Assembly: GCF_001601815.1 (NCBI RefSeq)
Contig: NZ_LUKG01000007.1
Location: 46,590 to 110,589, forward strand
Source of the DNA: Flavihumibacter sp. CACIAM 22H1
GTDB lineage: Bacteria > Bacteroidota > Bacteroidia > Chitinophagales > Chitinophagaceae
Reading direction: 5' to 3'
DNA length: 64,000 nt
Below, one piece after another: positions 60,886-64,000 of the stretch. The notes beneath the pieces were generated by a model. The model ran no database searches. It worked only from the letters and a program-made list of their open reading frames with translations, and was not told the origin of the DNA. Positions within the stretch are counted from its first letter, which is position 1; each line of letters begins with the position of its first letter. The translations under genes were made by a program, and so were the position numbers.

Positions 60886-61749
60886 ATGCCAGTGAAAAAT
60901 CCCAAAAAAGCGGTTCATCCGCCGCAACAACAAGCGCGCCCGGGTCGGCACGAAAAAATGAAGCCCGTACCTGAAACAAATCCGATCAGCCGGGGTTCTA
61001 ACATGCTCAAAGGTAAAAATGTACTGATCACCGGGGGCGATAGCGGTATAGGAAAAGCTGTAGCTAAATTATTTGCCCTTGAAGGCGCCAATATTGCCAT
61101 CGCCTACCTCAGTGAAACTGACGATGCCAGCGAAACCTGTGCAGAAGTAAAGGATTATGGGGTAGACTGCCTGCTGATTAAAACAGATCTCAGTAAGGAA
61201 GCAAACTGCAGAAAGACGGTGCAAAAAACGGTGCGTCAGTTTGGATCAATTGATATATTGATCAATAATATTGCCCTTCACTGGGAACAAAAAAGCCTTA
61301 CGGATATCATCACCGATCAACTGATAAAGACCTTTACCACCAATGTATATTCCTATTTCTGGACCACCAGGTATGCCTTGGAACACATGAAAAAAGGGGC
61401 CTGTATTATTAACAGCAGTTCGGTAACTGCCTACCGGGGCAGTGATTCGCTGATCGATTACGCGGCCACCAAAGCAGCTATTATTGGCTTTACCAGGAGC
61501 CTTGCTGCCAACCTGGTAATGAAAGGGATCCGAGTAAATGCAGTTGCGCCTGGTCCTATCTGGACACCACTTATAGTATCCTCTTTCCGGAAAGAAAAAG
61601 TGGCCGCCTTTGGAAGCGATGCCCCTATGAAACGCCCCGGGCAGCCGAATGAAATAGCGCCCAGTTACCTGTTCCTGGCCCTGGAAGAAAACAGTTATAT
61701 GACCAGGCAGGTACTGCACCCCAATGGAGGAGAAATCGTGAATGCCTGA
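60886..61749 (+). CDS. SDR-family oxidoreductase (YghA/YhdF general-stress type)
   Basis: 287 aa. The N-terminal extension PPQQQARPGRHEKMKPVPE is followed by LKGKNVLITGGDSGIGKAVA. It also has NNIA and an SSVTAYRG...YAATKAA catalytic tetrad context. Confidence 0.85.
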   Translation: MPVKNPKKAVHPPQQQARPGRHEKMKPVPETNPISRGSNMLKGKNVLITGGDSGIGKAVAKLFALEGANIAIAYLSETDDASETCAEVKDYGVDCLLIKTDLSKEANCRKTVQKTVRQFGSIDILINNIALHWEQKSLTDIITDQLIKTFTTNVYSYFWTTRYALEHMKKGACIINSSSVTAYRGSDSLIDYAATKAAIIGFTRSLAANLVMKGIRVNAVAPGPIWTPLIVSSFRKEKVAAFGSDAPMKRPGQPNEIAPSYLFLALEENSYMTRQVLHPNGGEIVNA

Positions 61750-61761
61750 TAAATAGCTGTA

Positions 61762-61998
61762 TTACCTGTTTTTTCTTTTGGTGCTGTCTAACGCTGCCGT
61801 ATCGGCTTTGGTACTATCGGTATAGGGCTGAACATTTGGAGGAACTGCAATATTTCCCGGAGGATAGCTGGTAATAGAGGTATCCTCCGGTTTTACCACC
61901 TGATCTGATTTTACTATACCCTCGTTTTCAAACCGGTTATTGCAGGCAACAGCACCGCATATTATTAATACAAAAGTTATCTGTTTCATATGGTTCAT
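61762..61998 (-). CDS. small hypothetical lipoprotein
   Basis: The start is set at MNHMKQITFVLIICGAVAC (lipobox). The mature part is about 60 aa and Pro/Thr-rich. No recognisable domain. Confidence 0.4.
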   Translation of the reverse strand: MNHMKQITFVLIICGAVACNNRFENEGIVKSDQVVKPEDTSITSYPPGNIAVPPNVQPYTDSTKADTAALDSTKRKNR

Positions 61999-62059
61999 TT
62001 TTGCTACACAGCAAAAAAACCATACCAGCGTCACTGGTCGTGTAACGCCTAACCGATCC

Positions 62060-62638
62060 TTATTTTATTAATCCGCTGGCATTGGTGGCAAAAATTTTCA
62101 CTGCAATAGCCAGCAGAATAACGCCAAAGAATTTCCGGATTGCGAGTAAGCCAGCCGGACCAATAAGCCGTTCTATATAATTCAGTGATTTCAAAACAAA
62201 ATACACGACGATTAAATTGAAGAGAATGCCGAGCGCAACCGTCCAAACAGGGTAATTCGCCTGTAGGGAAATAATAGTGGTAAGTGTTCCGGAGCCGGCA
62301 ATCAGGGGAAAGGCAATCGGAACCAGGGTGCCCGATTTGGGATCTCCCTCACTTTTAAAAAATTCCACCCCCAATACCATTTCCAGGCCCAGAATAAAAA
62401 TCAGGATCGATCCTCCAACGGCAAAAGATCCCACATCCACGCCCAGAATTCCCAGGAACCGCTCTCCCACGAAAAGAAACAGCAGCATCAGGGCTCCGGA
62501 AATTACCGATGCCTGGAACTCACGGATTTCACCCATTTTTGTTTTGAGTGAAATCAGTAATGGGATGGATCCCAATATATCAATTACGGCAAAAAGGGTG
62601 AAGCTGACCGTAAGTAGTTCATCAATATTGATTGCCAT
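62060..62638 (-). CDS. MarC-family (UPF0056/NAAT) integral membrane protein
   Basis: 192 aa with six hydrophobic segments. The N-terminus is FTLFAVIDILGSIPLLISL. Confidence 0.8.
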   Translation of the reverse strand: MAINIDELLTVSFTLFAVIDILGSIPLLISLKTKMGEIREFQASVISGALMLLFLFVGERFLGILGVDVGSFAVGGSILIFILGLEMVLGVEFFKSEGDPKSGTLVPIAFPLIAGSGTLTTIISLQANYPVWTVALGILFNLIVVYFVLKSLNYIERLIGPAGLLAIRKFFGVILLAIAVKIFATNASGLIK

Positions 62639-62647
62639 AAAAAGGAC

Positions 62648-63250
62648 TTAAAATTTGGGGCGATGCTGTTCTTTTTCCTGCTCAATATTAAGCAAGATTT
62701 CGTGATTGCCGGAATCTGCTTTCACCCTTGCCACACACCCGTAAAAAAGAGGAAACCGCTGAAAAGAATCGCGCATAGAAGTAGCTGTAAGATAGGATAA
62801 TATGCTGCGGATAACACCGCCATGGGCTACGATGGCAGTAGATGCTCCATCCGCCAGCACTGCTTGCTTGATAGCTTCAAAACGATGGGTTGTTCTTGCA
62901 TACAGGTCTTCATAACTTTCGCCACCTGGAATACGAACCGCTACAAAATTGTCCATCCAGGGTTGCACTTCTTCTTTGGGGATGGCATCCCAATGACGCA
63001 GTTCCCAGGTTCCACAATTGATCTCCATGAGGTCATTATGAAATTCTATCGGTGAATCAAATAAATGCTCGGCTAGTTTCCGGCAGCGTTGTAGGGGGCT
63101 TGAATAAACACGTTGAATGCCTGCCGGAATAACCTCCCGGATCACTGCAGCTTCTTCATAAAAACTGTCCACAATATCCAGATCAGCCTGTCCATAACAG
63201 ATGCCTTTTTCAATTGCCGGACGTGTATGCCGTATCAGGTAAATATCCAT
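62648..63250 (-). CDS. cobC: histidine phosphatase family protein, probably alpha-ribazole phosphatase
   Basis: The start is set at MDIYLIRHTRPAIEKGICYGQ, which carries the RHG-type catalytic motif. ..VAHGGVIR.. follows. It sits immediately downstream of cobS. Confidence 0.7.
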   Translation of the reverse strand: MDIYLIRHTRPAIEKGICYGQADLDIVDSFYEEAAVIREVIPAGIQRVYSSPLQRCRKLAEHLFDSPIEFHNDLMEINCGTWELRHWDAIPKEEVQPWMDNFVAVRIPGGESYEDLYARTTHRFEAIKQAVLADGASTAIVAHGGVIRSILSYLTATSMRDSFQRFPLFYGCVARVKADSGNHEILLNIEQEKEQHRPKF

Positions 63251-63252
63251 AT

Positions 63253-64000
63253 TCAGATTATATAGCGCCAGATAATAAGGGCTGTGAGATAAAAAATCAG
63301 TTCCGTAACCTGTTGTACTGCACCGAGGCAATCGCCGGTATAGCCGCCAATCCATTTTTTAAAGTAGCGGCCCATTTCACGGGCAGCAACAAACATCGGA
63401 AGCAGGCTAAGGAGGTACCAGGGCGATAACAATAAATAAGGTAGTATTGCCAGCGCCCCACATAGAAGCAGCTCATACGGTACTAATTTTGATTTGGACA
63501 AGGGTTTGGATTTACCCGGCTCCTCTTCGCGTACGTACGAGAACTGCTGAATAACTAAAACCGCCATCAGCCGGCTGCTTGAATGAGCGGCCAGCATCAA
63601 CAGCAGGAAGCCGCTGTAATTCAGCCAGGGATTCATACCGCTGGTAATTTCAGGCGGATTGAACCCGGGTAGTTCTTTTAGCAGGAGAAATTTTGCGGCA
63701 AGTATGCCAATCAGTCCGATCGTACCGTAAGTACCCAGGCGACTGTCTTTCATAATAGAGAGGATTTTTTCTTTGGTCCAGCCACCGCCAAACGCATCGC
63801 AGGTATCGGCCCACCCATCTTCATGAAATGCACCGGTAATCCAAATGGTGGTAAGCATATAGCCAAGAATTGCTATATCCACACTCAGGTATTTACTCAG
63901 AAGCAGGTAAGGCAGCAGGCCGATGGCTGCCACCATAACACCCACCAAAGGAAAATAGGTTGAGGAGCGCTCCAGGTATTCAGGTTTATAATGCGCAGTA
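63253..64000 (-). CDS. cobS: adenosylcobinamide-GDP ribazoletransferase (cobalamin synthase); 5' end lies outside the window
   Basis: The hallmark is GAFHEDGWADTCDAFGGGW, and the protein is polytopic. The frame stays open upstream of the track's start to the window edge (..ERSSTYFPLVGVMVAAIG). Confidence 0.85.
   Translation of the reverse strand, partial: TAHYKPEYLERSSTYFPLVGVMVAAIGLLPYLLLSKYLSVDIAILGYMLTTIWITGAFHEDGWADTCDAFGGGWTKEKILSIMKDSRLGTYGTIGLIGILAAKFLLLKELPGFNPPEITSGMNPWLNYSGFLLLMLAAHSSSRLMAVLVIQQFSYVREEEPGKSKPLSKSKLVPYELLLCGALAILPYLLLSPWYLLSLLPMFVAAREMGRYFKKWIGGYTGDCLGAVQQVTELIFYLTALIIWRYII

Noticed and set aside
63253-64000. Cobalamin riboswitch associated with cobS/cobC
   Set aside because: The 5' region of this operon lies beyond the window edge, and no B12-box-like element is visible in the available sequence.

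Overview
This 64-kb window looks like a Bacteroidota chromosome (Chitinophagaceae/Sphingobacteriia-like). I infer that from gene content only: three SusC/SusD pairs, ECF sigma/FecR pairs, a hybrid two-component regulator and lipoprotein signal peptides. Most of it is three polysaccharide-utilisation loci (PULs) in a row. PUL1 (7.6-24.3 kb) has ECF sigma, FecR, STN-SusC, SusD, a small lipoprotein, GH89, GH35, GH95 and a second GH35. PUL2 (24.4-40.5 kb) has an HTCS regulator, SusC, SusD, GH88, a GH95-like protein, DUF2264 and a beta-propeller GH-like protein. PUL3 (41.2-54.3 kb) has ECF sigma, FecR, STN-SusC, SusD and one LacZ-type GH2. The most interesting point is that the PUL3 operon appears to continue, across 18-nt and 9-nt gaps, into a hydroxylysine-kinase-like/phospho-lyase-like fusion and an HglS-type DUF1338 enzyme. 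I propose, as inference only, a utilisation system for galactosyl-hydroxylysine, a collagen glyco-amino acid. The left end carries an ECF sigma operon with an anti-sigma-like protein fused to an outer-membrane beta-barrel, plus a lipoprotein combining SprB repeats with a c-type cytochrome domain. Next come tRNA-Arg(CCG), an IS3 remnant, a visibly AT-richer accessory block, an exact 208-bp tandem duplication and an 11-nt periodic repeat. The right end is housekeeping: a PafA-like phosphatase, an SNF2 helicase, GH43, an SDR, MarC, CobC and CobS. Three genes (FecR of PUL1, the HTCS, the kinase-lyase fusion) have frames broken by 1-nt indels placed at or assignable to short homopolymer runs, so sequencing error is the simplest explanation. 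No CRISPR array, rRNA, intact mobile element or recognisable defence system was seen.
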